A stretch of 64,000 bases of DNA. Source: a virus. Shown here piece by piece: positions 20,698-29,202 of the stretch. The notes under the pieces are model-generated. The model had not been told where the DNA came from. It was given only the letters and a program-made list of their open reading frames with translations, and made no database searches. The translations under genes were made by a program, and so were the position numbers. Location of the stretch: IMG/VR virus record IMGVR_UViG_3300045988_067909. The stretch is one strand, 5' to 3'. The first letter of the stretch is position 1. Each line of letters starts with the position of its first letter.

Positions 20698-22272
20698 ATG
20701 TCTAAACCCCAATTACTTAATAGACTGAAAAACAAAACTGATTTAGTTACCTCTGGTAATCTGTTACAGTATTCTGATACTACGGGTAGATTAGTAGAAG
20801 ATACTGGTTTAAATGCCCAGCAGATTAAAGCAGCAACGCTAAACAATGCCAATATCGTTAGTCACTTAGCTAATGATGGTATCCATGTAACTAGAGAAGA
20901 AAAGAAGTTTATTACACAAGATCATACAGATCTTAATAACCACTTAGTAGACGCATCCTCACATATTAGCCCGACAGATAGGGCTAATTGGGATGCCAAA
21001 GAAACCCCTGAAGGTGCACAAGCTAAAGTTAATATGGCTGCTGCATCTTTTAATAGACATATGGCTACCAAATCTATTCACGTTTCTAATAGTGATAGAT
21101 TGTCTTGGGATGATAAATATACTAAAGCTGAGATTGATAATAAGTTTGTACAGCTAGAATCTAATAATACTTGGAAAGAAGCTGTAGATACTTTTAGTGA
21201 GATTGATATTATGTATCCTTCTCCTCAGCGTGGTTGGACTGTATCTGTAAATGATACTAATATTACATTCCGTTATGATGGTGATAACTGGATTCCTATC
21301 TCTAGTAACGCTGTACCTATGGCTACAGCTGCAGTAGATGGTCTTATGTCTAAAGAAGACAAAGCTAAATTGGATACAGTAGAAATGGGTGCTAATAACT
21401 ATGTGCACCCTAATAATCCATCTACAAGACACGTATCTGATAAGGAGAAAGCATTCTGGTCAGCTAAGGCTGAAGACCGTAATGCTACTTATCAATATGC
21501 TGGTCTTATGTCTAAAGAAGATAAGTATAAATTAGACAATATTGAAACTGGTGCAACTAACTTTAGTATGCCTAGCAAATTAGACCCAACTATTATTGAA
21601 ACTGATAATGATCATTTATTCGTTACATTGGAAGAAAAGACTAATTGGTCTAATAAAGCAAGCAATAACTTAGTTACACCAAATGTAAATGGTATTATGT
21701 CTAAAGAAGATAAGATTAAACTTAACTCTGTAGATATGAATGCCAACTATTACATTCATCCACAAACGCATGACCCTTCTATTATCTTAGAAGATGCTAG
21801 TCATAGATTTGTAACTGATGAACAAATCTTAGCATGGAATAATAAATTAGATGGTTCTTTAGCTACAGCCACTTCTAATGGTGGTATGTCTAAAGAAGAT
21901 AAAGCTAAGTTAGATTCCATCGAAGAGGGTGCTAATAAATATAAGCTCCCAGCACAATTACCACCAACTATCATTGCTCAAGACCCTAATAATAGATTCT
22001 TTACTGATCAAGAAAGACAATCTCTTGCTGATAAGAAAGACTCTAAAGCAATCCTATTAGGTACAGCAGAGTTCAATGGTAGAACTGGTACTATTATCCC
22101 ACATAGCTTTGAGAATACATCATTCTCTGTAGCTATTACTCCAACAGCAAACCCTAATGGTTTGATTGGTGAAGTATGGGTTAAGAAAACTAATACAGCA
22201 TGTATCGTATACTGCTCTGGTGCAGGGGATGCTAAAATCCCATTCGATTATATGCTGATTTATTATAACTAA
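20698..22272 (+). CDS. tail fibre protein with about eight tandem repeat modules
   Basis: RBS AAGGAGGAAG. Repeats of the form H[IV]xxx[DE][KR]xxW and G[LIG]MSKEDKxKLDxVxxGANxYxHP occur at least 7 times along the protein. Confidence 0.7.
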   Translation: MSKPQLLNRLKNKTDLVTSGNLLQYSDTTGRLVEDTGLNAQQIKAATLNNANIVSHLANDGIHVTREEKKFITQDHTDLNNHLVDASSHISPTDRANWDAKETPEGAQAKVNMAAASFNRHMATKSIHVSNSDRLSWDDKYTKAEIDNKFVQLESNNTWKEAVDTFSEIDIMYPSPQRGWTVSVNDTNITFRYDGDNWIPISSNAVPMATAAVDGLMSKEDKAKLDTVEMGANNYVHPNNPSTRHVSDKEKAFWSAKAEDRNATYQYAGLMSKEDKYKLDNIETGATNFSMPSKLDPTIIETDNDHLFVTLEEKTNWSNKASNNLVTPNVNGIMSKEDKIKLNSVDMNANYYIHPQTHDPSIILEDASHRFVTDEQILAWNNKLDGSLATATSNGGMSKEDKAKLDSIEEGANKYKLPAQLPPTIIAQDPNNRFFTDQERQSLADKKDSKAILLGTAEFNGRTGTIIPHSFENTSFSVAITPTANPNGLIGEVWVKKTNTACIVYCSGAGDAKIPFDYMLIYYN

Positions 22273-22357
22273 TCAACAAAATAATATAGACTTGGGATGA
22301 ACACGGATCCTAAGAATATCTCTTTTTACTACAATATTACTAAAACTTTTTTAGATG

Positions 22358-22384
22358 ACCCATATAGGCATTGCCTATATGGGT
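22358..22384 (+). terminator. hairpin acccatatagg/cctatatgggt, terminator-like
   Basis: 11-bp perfect stem with loop cattg; same family as the 5061 hairpin with one compensatory pair (a-t becomes g-c). No clear T-run follows. Confidence 0.35.
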
Positions 22385-22423
22385 TATCTACTGTCTCAAT
22401 ACAATGAAATATAATTTTGGATA

Positions 22424-22433
22424 TATATTATAA
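22424..22433 (+). promoter_or_regulatory. TATATTATAA promoter-like motif, followed by ctgtgta
   Basis: Member of the recurring motif family; 53 nt upstream of the 22486 ATG. Confidence 0.35.
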
Positions 22434-22485
22434 CTGTGTAGTAATTATAGTAAATTTGTTTTATAGTTAAGGAGGAACAATTACT

Positions 22486-23070
22486 ATGGAAAAGCAAAAA
22501 TTTAATTTAAGAGAACTAATTGGTCAATTCAGAACATTTGACTTTGCGTCTTATGATTTGAATTGCAGTTCCAAAAGAACAGCTGTTTACTCAGCTAAGA
22601 AAGGTAACACACTTGTTACTGTATGGACTAATGAGTATGAAACCGAAGATGGTTTCATTACACCATTAATCAAAGTTAAAGAAAAAGAGAAAGTAGATGT
22701 AACTACAGAAGTCTATAAGAGCACTACATTAGAAGATATCTTAGCGGTAGCCAATACTGGTGAATTTTGCATTAGTCAAGACACAGACCACAAGACACTA
22801 TTGAAAGTATCTTGCCGTGCATCTGCTAAAGTATTGGCAACGAACTCCAAAGGTAAACCTATGTTTAGATATACAGTTACTTTTGATACATTCGTTCCAG
22901 TTAATGGGTACTTTAACCCTAAAATCATCATTAGTAAAATTAAACCACGTGGACCAGTCTTCTTTAACTGGAAACATGATGACTTCTCTGATAAAATCAC
23001 ATTAGAGAATGCTGGTTTTGCATTTGTAGATGAAGCAGTCAATGCATTATTAGAATCCGAGGAATGGTAA
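22486..23070 (+). CDS. hypothetical protein
   Basis: 194 aa with RBS AAGGAGGAAC. Confidence 0.55.
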   Translation: MEKQKFNLRELIGQFRTFDFASYDLNCSSKRTAVYSAKKGNTLVTVWTNEYETEDGFITPLIKVKEKEKVDVTTEVYKSTTLEDILAVANTGEFCISQDTDHKTLLKVSCRASAKVLATNSKGKPMFRYTVTFDTFVPVNGYFNPKIIISKIKPRGPVFFNWKHDDFSDKITLENAGFAFVDEAVNALLESEEW

Positions 23071-23071
23071 T

Positions 23072-23851
23072 ATGACAGTCAGTATAAAAGATAATAAAGC
23101 ATTTGTTAGACGTATAGCTGCATCCATAATACCACAAAAATTGGTAACTAGAAAAGAATCAGTATATGTAGGTGATGATGCACTAGTAGTTAACTCATCA
23201 ATATATATTAACAACAGCACGACTTCTGAATACAGCTCAACTGGTCCAAATATTATTTTGTCTAGTATGATGATAAGACCATTCGAATTATTAGAAATGA
23301 ATGGTGTTGCTGTAGATGATATTACATCATCTAAAATTCGCATCTATGATGATAAAAAATATGTGATTGCTGATGGACATAACACATCATCTTTTATAGT
23401 AGATGATGAATACACAGATACCTTGATATTTAGTGATTCATATAATGAGTTTATGAATATGATCCAGGTTAAAAATAAAAAAGTCGGATCTGTTATGAAT
23501 ACCCTATGTAGCCGTAAGTTACACCATTCTATTGAATATGAAGTAAATAGTAAACTATATTCTGCTACATTGAAATCAGAAGTCGAAATGGGTAAAGACT
23601 TAGACACCTATTCTATGTATATAGAAGATTCTACTAATGTATATACACATACTTCGGCTAAAGATATTATAGATGAATTATTAGCTTTACCATATGAGTT
23701 TCATGGTACATGTATAAACTATAGTGCTATAGATTGTACTAGAAGCTATGGTAAATTTGTAATTGATAAAATGCGATCTGAAGCCGAAGCCAATCAAATA
23801 ATATTATACGTAGATAATAATACAAACAATATTGCTAGACGTCTTATTTAA
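23072..23851 (+). CDS. hypothetical protein
   Basis: 259 aa; its ATG abuts the upstream stop (TAATATG). Confidence 0.55.
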   Translation: MTVSIKDNKAFVRRIAASIIPQKLVTRKESVYVGDDALVVNSSIYINNSTTSEYSSTGPNIILSSMMIRPFELLEMNGVAVDDITSSKIRIYDDKKYVIADGHNTSSFIVDDEYTDTLIFSDSYNEFMNMIQVKNKKVGSVMNTLCSRKLHHSIEYEVNSKLYSATLKSEVEMGKDLDTYSMYIEDSTNVYTHTSAKDIIDELLALPYEFHGTCINYSAIDCTRSYGKFVIDKMRSEAEANQIILYVDNNTNNIARRLI

Positions 23852-23865
23852 CCAGGAGGATAACC

Positions 23866-24513
23866 ATGTTTGATTTCAAAGAGAAATTGAGTGAAGTTAA
23901 AACTATGATTGTCAATAGTGTGAATATAGAATTCACACCAGACATCAAAACTATAAACTATCTTTATATCAATAAAGAGAATATGTCTGTCGAAGTCAGA
24001 ACAAAAGAATCTTGTCGAGAAGATTTAATGGATTACTATGATAAAGCAGAATATGAGTTTATAAATAAAGATGACTTAGCTGAAGATTATGTTAAAGGCC
24101 TAGGTGTAAATATCTTAGACGTAGTAGACATATCTAAACATGTAATTGCTACTGATAAAGATAAACCATTCACACTATATGATGCTTTAGATAATCTTAC
24201 TGCAGGGACTTTAGATATCGTATATGATAGAACTAATAAAGTCATTAAGTTTGGTCTTAGTCATTTTACCTGTATTACTGATGCTATTGGTGACTATGGT
24301 GTACAAATCAATACAGACTTACATTATAAGCTACAAGTATTTAGTGATCTAACTAATACTGAAATCTTCAGTAAGTTAGAAAACTATGGTGGTGACACAG
24401 CTTTTACTGTAATGCCATATAATGATGACGGTAATATCACATATAGATTTACTGTATATGATGTAGAAGATACTTTCGATATCATTAACGATATCGTGAA
24501 TTCACTTATTTAA
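23866..24513 (+). CDS. hypothetical protein
   Basis: 215 aa with RBS AGGAGGA. Confidence 0.55.
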   Translation: MFDFKEKLSEVKTMIVNSVNIEFTPDIKTINYLYINKENMSVEVRTKESCREDLMDYYDKAEYEFINKDDLAEDYVKGLGVNILDVVDISKHVIATDKDKPFTLYDALDNLTAGTLDIVYDRTNKVIKFGLSHFTCITDAIGDYGVQINTDLHYKLQVFSDLTNTEIFSKLENYGGDTAFTVMPYNDDGNITYRFTVYDVEDTFDIINDIVNSLI

Positions 24514-24525
24514 GGAGAGACAGTA

Positions 24526-25272
24526 ATGGCTAGAAAAAGCAAGAATATTAAAGTGCAATCAATTGAAGAGATTGCAGATATTGAAACACCTAAAGAGGAA
24601 CCAACTACAGTAGTGGAATCTACAGAAGAAGAAACTGTAGAAGAAGCTACTACACAAGCACCTCCATTAGAAGATCTTATTAACGAAGAACCACGTGAAG
24701 TATTGACTTTCGACAATCTTTCTACTTATAACGATAAGTTTCTTCGTGATAAGATGATTGACTTATTAGACGCAACTAATGAAGTTGATTTCCGAATCAA
24801 TGACAATAATATACCTAATAAGTATTACATTACCAAAGGTAATGCCAGAGTATGCTTCTTCTCTAAAGATATAGAAGTGACTTCGTTAAGTGATACTAGA
24901 AAAGCTATTCTTGATGCTCTATCTAAAGTAGGTCACGATGATAAATTACTTGGTATCACTGTAGATACAGATCTTAGTTATAAATACTATGAAGATGAAT
25001 CTATGCTACCAGCTTTAAATATCACACGTACCATTAGTCTTGTAGATGCAGACAATAAATTTGTAACTATTGTATCTCAATACGTTATTGAGACAGCTAT
25101 AGCAGTAGCCCATATGTTTAAAGCATTATGTCGTGAACTATCTCAACGTAAGTTGAATGGTAAAGTTGTGGCTATTAACTATGCTAAAGATATTGGCTTA
25201 GTTGTATTGCATGATAAGTATATCGGTATTGAAGAAGTAATTAATACTTTGGATGATATGTATCGAGGCTAA
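24526..25272 (+). CDS. hypothetical protein with acidic N-terminus
   Basis: 248 aa with RBS AAGGAGAGA. Confidence 0.55.
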   Translation: MARKSKNIKVQSIEEIADIETPKEEPTTVVESTEEETVEEATTQAPPLEDLINEEPREVLTFDNLSTYNDKFLRDKMIDLLDATNEVDFRINDNNIPNKYYITKGNARVCFFSKDIEVTSLSDTRKAILDALSKVGHDDKLLGITVDTDLSYKYYEDESMLPALNITRTISLVDADNKFVTIVSQYVIETAIAVAHMFKALCRELSQRKLNGKVVAINYAKDIGLVVLHDKYIGIEEVINTLDDMYRG

Positions 25273-25273
25273 T

Positions 25274-25636
25274 ATGAAATCTGTGTTACATTTTGAGTTA
25301 GAGGGTGAGTTAGTCACCCTCACTCGATATGATGATTTCGGGAATACTATTGGTATAGAAGAAGCGATGTATCCCGATATCTGTATGGAAGAAGAGCTTA
25401 TCTGTTGTATGATGGAGATATTCGATACTGTAGTTAAAGGATATAATAGTGAGATAGTAAAGCTGACTACGATGTATGATGATAAATTTATTAATGTGGA
25501 AATCAATACTAGGAATGACACTATTACATTTGACAACTACTATGACGAATTTCAAATGGCTGATATAATGGATACAATCATAGAGTCTAATATGACTATG
25601 GATAACTTTAGATTTCTTCGAGGTGAAATGATATGA
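25274..25636 (+). CDS. hypothetical protein
   Basis: I prefer the ATG at 25274 (MKSVLHF), which has GAGG 6 nt upstream, over the track's start at 25253, which overlaps the previous gene. Confidence 0.5.
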   Translation: MKSVLHFELEGELVTLTRYDDFGNTIGIEEAMYPDICMEEELICCMMEIFDTVVKGYNSEIVKLTTMYDDKFINVEINTRNDTITFDNYYDEFQMADIMDTIIESNMTMDNFRFLRGEMI

Positions 25637-26139
25637 CGGATAGAGAAACATATGATGGTATATACAAGACCGTAGCAGATATAGTATTCGAGAAAGGATT
25701 AGCTAGAACACAATCCACTTCAGTATACTTAGATGGTAATGGTCATGTAGGTATTACATATTCCACAGGAGCTATGCATATTACTGATAAAGAATATTGC
25801 TTAGGCTCTAATATGGAAATTAATGTATTTGATACAGATCTTAATAAAGATACAGTAGAATCATTAAAAGATATGCTATTGATTTTACACTCAGATGCAT
25901 ATGAAAGATATGGTGATGTAGAAGTCAAAACTAATACATTATGTGCATTACCTGATACTATTGAGTTTGATGAAATATATGAAACCAATAATCACTATGC
26001 ACCGACAGCATATCTATTTTATGACGATATAAAAATCTATAGTATAGATTTATCTGGGTTTGTAACACCAGAAGATATCCTCAAGATTAAAGATAGTCTA
26101 ATTGACTATTTCAAAGGTTTTGAATATGAGTTCTATTAA
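25633..26139 (+). CDS. hypothetical protein
   Basis: 168 aa; ATGA overlap with the upstream stop. Confidence 0.55.
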   Translation: MTDRETYDGIYKTVADIVFEKGLARTQSTSVYLDGNGHVGITYSTGAMHITDKEYCLGSNMEINVFDTDLNKDTVESLKDMLLILHSDAYERYGDVEVKTNTLCALPDTIEFDEIYETNNHYAPTAYLFYDDIKIYSIDLSGFVTPEDILKIKDSLIDYFKGFEYEFY

Positions 26140-26193
26140 AATTTACTAACATATTTGTATCTTAATCATATACAAATAGGAGTAAATAGAACG

Positions 26194-26313
26194 ATGGATA
26201 TTTTTATAATAGGTTTATCGTCTACAGCCTTAGTATCCCTACTGGTATATGCTAGTATTCACTTTGATTGTAGATATAAACATGATTTTTACGAATCTAT
26301 ATATAAGAAATAA
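26194..26313 (+). CDS. 39-aa hydrophobic small protein (below the track's size cutoff)
   Basis: AGGAG sits 9 nt upstream. MDIFIIGLSSTALVSLLVYASIHF... has one TM helix; a terminator follows directly. Confidence 0.35.
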   Translation: MDIFIIGLSSTALVSLLVYASIHFDCRYKHDFYESIYKK

Positions 26314-26320
26314 GTAAAAT

Positions 26321-26357
26321 CCAGGTATAGGAAATTCCTATACCTGGTATATTTTTT
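26321..26357 (+). terminator. rho-independent terminator
   Basis: Stem ccaggtatagg/cctatacctgg, then tatatttttt. Confidence 0.65.
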
Positions 26358-26368
26358 AGGAGGCAATT

Positions 26369-27010
26369 ATGTTAGATACAGATACATTAATAAAAGGATA
26401 TAGTTTTGAAAAGTTTACTGAAAAGATTAGAAACCTAACCAACTCTGAAGTTGGTAATTATAAGAATAAGCAAGTTTTTATTACTGAACGTGTTGATGAC
26501 TTCAACCCAGAAGTACTAATTACTAGAGCTATTCTTTTAGATAAAACTGAAAAGGATAAAGAATATGATGCATCAATAACTGTACGCCGAAACTCTAAGA
26601 ACTTCTGTCCTAAGATGGATACTATTACCGCATTTCGTGTACTATATGAAACTGATTGGGCTGATAATGGTAGATTTAATGTTATAGATTGCAAGTTTAG
26701 TGTAGCATTATCATATAATGCTGATAATAAAAGCTTGACATATACTCATCTATATAGTAAATACAGAAAAAATAGACTGATTCATACTGTATGCTATAGT
26801 GTAACAGAACGATTAGACGAAGCTGCCAATTTATACATAAGCAGCGTATTCAATTCAGCTAAGAAGTATGATGGTATACATAATACAGCATACAAAGTTT
26901 TATATACGGATTTAGATACTATTCATATTCTACCACCAGCACCCATATTCGACTATGGTATATCTGAAGCTTTAGATTTCTTATGTGATACTATAGTTTT
27001 AAATAATTAG
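26369..27010 (+). CDS. hypothetical protein
   Basis: 213 aa with RBS AGGAGG. Confidence 0.55.
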   Translation: MLDTDTLIKGYSFEKFTEKIRNLTNSEVGNYKNKQVFITERVDDFNPEVLITRAILLDKTEKDKEYDASITVRRNSKNFCPKMDTITAFRVLYETDWADNGRFNVIDCKFSVALSYNADNKSLTYTHLYSKYRKNRLIHTVCYSVTERLDEAANLYISSVFNSAKKYDGIHNTAYKVLYTDLDTIHILPPAPIFDYGISEALDFLCDTIVLNN

Positions 27011-27020
27011 TAATAAGAAA

Positions 27021-27061
27021 TCCCAGTATAGTCATTGACTATACTGGGTATTATTTTTTTT
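27021..27061 (+). terminator. rho-independent terminator (cccagtatagtca/tgactatactggg family)
   Basis: 13-bp stem followed by a T9 run; near-identical copies sit at 47942 and 63263. Confidence 0.7.
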
Positions 27062-27084
27062 GTAAAAGTTAATCTTTATAGTTA

Positions 27085-27191
27085 TATACTATAACTGTGT
27101 ATGGTAGATACAGCTATTCGTAGTAGCTGTATCTAAATATAGCCATACACTTGTAGACTATAAGTCTACTTGCCGAAAGGAGGTGACTCCT
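27085..27191 (+). promoter_or_regulatory. promoter motif plus conserved structured 5' leader, copy 1
   Basis: TATACTATAA at 27085-27094. Hairpin 1: gtgtatggtagatacagct / agctgtatcta[aatataa]ccatacac with a variable loop. Hairpin 2: gtagac-tataa-gtctac. Hairpin 3: AGGAG-gtga-CTCCT, which sequesters the SD and ends right at the ATG. Confidence 0.6.
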
Positions 27192-27398
27192 ATGGCGAAT
27201 CCGGGATGCGTAGGTAACTACGCTAACCAATTAGCGGAACGTTCAGCCAATGTTGGCTGGATGATCCGCTATTGCCAAGATATAATCTATGATTATGTCT
27301 ATGGTAATAACGGTGTAAGTTTAGCCGAAGCTAAAAAAGCTGAAGCTTACTTGCTCCAACACGGTATTAGTCTCACTGTTGATCTAGACAAAGTCTAA
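27192..27398 (+). CDS. small-protein family member (MANPGCVGNYANQLAERSANVGW...)
   Basis: ATG at 27192 lies 8 nt after GGAGG. The track's GTG start at 27183 falls inside the RBS. Paralog of 27585, 63435 and 63810. Confidence 0.6.
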   Translation: MANPGCVGNYANQLAERSANVGWMIRYCQDIIYDYVYGNNGVSLAEAKKAEAYLLQHGISLTVDLDKV

Positions 27399-27412
27399 TA
27401 CCAATTAATATA

Positions 27413-27457
27413 CATGGGTAGGTGTTCACTCATCTACCCATGTATTATTTTTTTTGT
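27413..27457 (+). terminator. rho-independent terminator (catgggtag...ctacccatg family)
   Basis: Stem catgggtag/ctacccatg then tattattttttttg; an identical copy lies at 63636. Confidence 0.7.
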
Positions 27458-27478
27458 AAGTAAACTGTTTTACAATTA

Positions 27479-27584
27479 CATACTATAACTGTGTATGGTA
27501 GATACAGCTGGCAGGCTATAGCTGTATCTAAATATAACCATACACTTGTAGACATAGTCTACATGCCGAAAGGAGGTGACTCCT
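27479..27584 (+). promoter_or_regulatory. promoter motif plus conserved structured 5' leader, copy 2
   Basis: CATACTATAA, then the same hairpin 1 stems with a different loop (ggcaggctat), hairpin 2 gtagac-ata-gtctac, and the AGGAG-gtga-CTCCT hairpin abutting the ATG. Confidence 0.6.
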
Positions 27585-27785
27585 ATGGCAGGATGTGTTA
27601 TGAATTACCATAATACATTAGCAGAAAGATCTACCAATTTAGATTGGCAGATCAGAACTGCTATAAGCCTAGTGATTGATCGTTACTTTGATATTAACAA
27701 TGTAACGCATCATGAAGCTATTAAGGCTTATCGATTCCTTAAAGCACAAGGAATCAAATTACCTATAACTGAAAATCACTTATAG
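27585..27785 (+). CDS. small-protein family member (MAGCVMNYHNTLAERSTNLDW...)
   Basis: ATG 8 nt after GGAGG; paralog of 27192. Confidence 0.6.
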   Translation: MAGCVMNYHNTLAERSTNLDWQIRTAISLVIDRYFDINNVTHHEAIKAYRFLKAQGIKLPITENHL

Positions 27786-27804
27786 GTAATAATAAAAATA
27801 ATAC

Positions 27805-27847
27805 TTGGTGTGGTAATTTACAAACCCACACCTTGTATTATTTTTTG
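27805..27847. terminator. terminator between convergent genes
   Basis: Stem ggtgtgg/ccacacc, then ttgtattattttttgtg. Confidence 0.55.
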
Positions 27848-27860
27848 TGTTATATGTGTA

Positions 27861-29084
27861 TTATTTTAAACCAAATGCTTCCATAGGATCCATCTCAACC
27901 ATTCTAACTTGGCTATCATGGAATGCTTTCATGGCAACGTTCTTAAGTTTAGATGCTATTTGTGGAGCAGCAGCACCAATATTCTTTACTCCTAGACGAT
28001 AGAAGATATTACCAGCACACGCATTACAAACACCATTCTCAGCCTCACATAAAGAAGCAAATCTAAACTGTACTGTTTTACCAATATATTGATTCATATT
28101 CTCAGAAGTCAACTCTACCAGTTTATTTCCTTCTTTCATAAAGCAATAGATGTATTCTTTTATATTGTCTTTATTTAGAGTGATTGTAATAGTACGTTTA
28201 GTACCACAGTCACTACCCTTGTCTAATGTCTGAATGTGTTGACATGCTGGCAGTAATAGTTTTTCCCAATAGCCACCAACTTCTGTACGGCTAGCACGAG
28301 AGTAAGGACCTTCGGCTAGAGAGTTAGCAAAGTCAGCATAGTCTTCTTTAGATATACCTGTCATATAGTTAGACATAATGATATTATAACCCTTAGTCGG
28401 ATCTGGGTTTTTAGTAATACCACGAACAACAAACATGTTTTTGAAATGGTTACTCATATTAGATTTAGCACCACTATTATAAGTATCCATAGCTGGGTCG
28501 TCTTTAAGAATCTCTTCAGCTAAGTCTAATAGTTCTTCTTGAATCTTCAATACTATTTTAGGATCTTTAGCATCTAACTCTTTACGATATTTCTTAATAA
28601 GTTCTTCTTTAGCCTTATTGATTTTTGTCGTAATAGTCAATAGTTTCATACTATAACTAGTAGACAATATATTTACATAAGGCATGAACTTTTGACCTTT
28701 CATAACAAAGTCTTGCATAACTTTAAGAGTCTTTCTATTCTCTAGAATAGCATATGAGATCTCTTGCATAATATTACCAACCATCTTCTTGGTAATTGGT
28801 TTATTGATATACCCAAACATATCAAACAAGTCTTTCTCGATGAATACTCTATTGAATACCCATAACCCTACAGTTGTAACAAAAGCATTCTTATTCTTTT
28901 TTCCTTCTGGTCCATATGAGCCAGCTGGAATAGTAACTAAATCATATGTATTGAATCTACGTTTACCGTTAAATTCACCAAACATGCCAATTACTGTAGA
29001 AGTCTTAGCACCCATATCTTGATCTATAGATAGGATATAATCTATATCTTTAGCATTAGTAATTCTATTAGATGTACGTTTCAT
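27861..29084 (-). CDS. multisubunit RNA polymerase beta' fragment: bridge helix, second Zn site and first trigger helix
   Basis: NSGAKSNMSNHFKNMFVVRG resembles E. coli beta' DSGARGS..QIRQLAGMRG. SRASRTEVGGYWEKLL resembles the bridge helix TALKTANSGYLTRRLV. GSDCGTK matches the beta' DDCGT Zn ligand, and CEAENGVCNAC is Cx6Cx2C (E. coli C888/C895/C898). NIGAAAPQIASKLKNVAMKAFH resembles the trigger helix [21 protein letters not shown]. The ORF ends inside the trigger loop. RBS AAGGAGG. Confidence 0.7.
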   Translation of the reverse strand: MKRTSNRITNAKDIDYILSIDQDMGAKTSTVIGMFGEFNGKRRFNTYDLVTIPAGSYGPEGKKNKNAFVTTVGLWVFNRVFIEKDLFDMFGYINKPITKKMVGNIMQEISYAILENRKTLKVMQDFVMKGQKFMPYVNILSTSYSMKLLTITTKINKAKEELIKKYRKELDAKDPKIVLKIQEELLDLAEEILKDDPAMDTYNSGAKSNMSNHFKNMFVVRGITKNPDPTKGYNIIMSNYMTGISKEDYADFANSLAEGPYSRASRTEVGGYWEKLLLPACQHIQTLDKGSDCGTKRTITITLNKDNIKEYIYCFMKEGNKLVELTSENMNQYIGKTVQFRFASLCEAENGVCNACAGNIFYRLGVKNIGAAAPQIASKLKNVAMKAFHDSQVRMVEMDPMEAFGLK

Positions 29085-29202
29085 ATCGTATTACCTCCTT
29101 ACGGTTTACTATTATGTAAAGTCAATACTTTATGTCACCAAAAACATCTATGTAATTCTAACTATTCTACCCCAAAATGGGGTTTTTACGGAGGAGAAAT
29201 AA

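Noticed and set aside
27183-27191. GTG starts used by the track for the small-protein family (27183, 27576, 63426)
   Set aside because: The GTG lies inside the GGAGGTGA Shine-Dalgarno; the ATG 9 nt downstream has perfect spacing in all four copies.
27011-27847. Possibility that the repeated ~120-bp elements with intervening sequence form a CRISPR array
   Set aside because: The repeat units are >100 bp and contain promoter and RBS signals. The 'spacers' are 200-nt protein-coding ORFs with conserved amino-acid sequence. There are no short 28-37 bp direct repeats.
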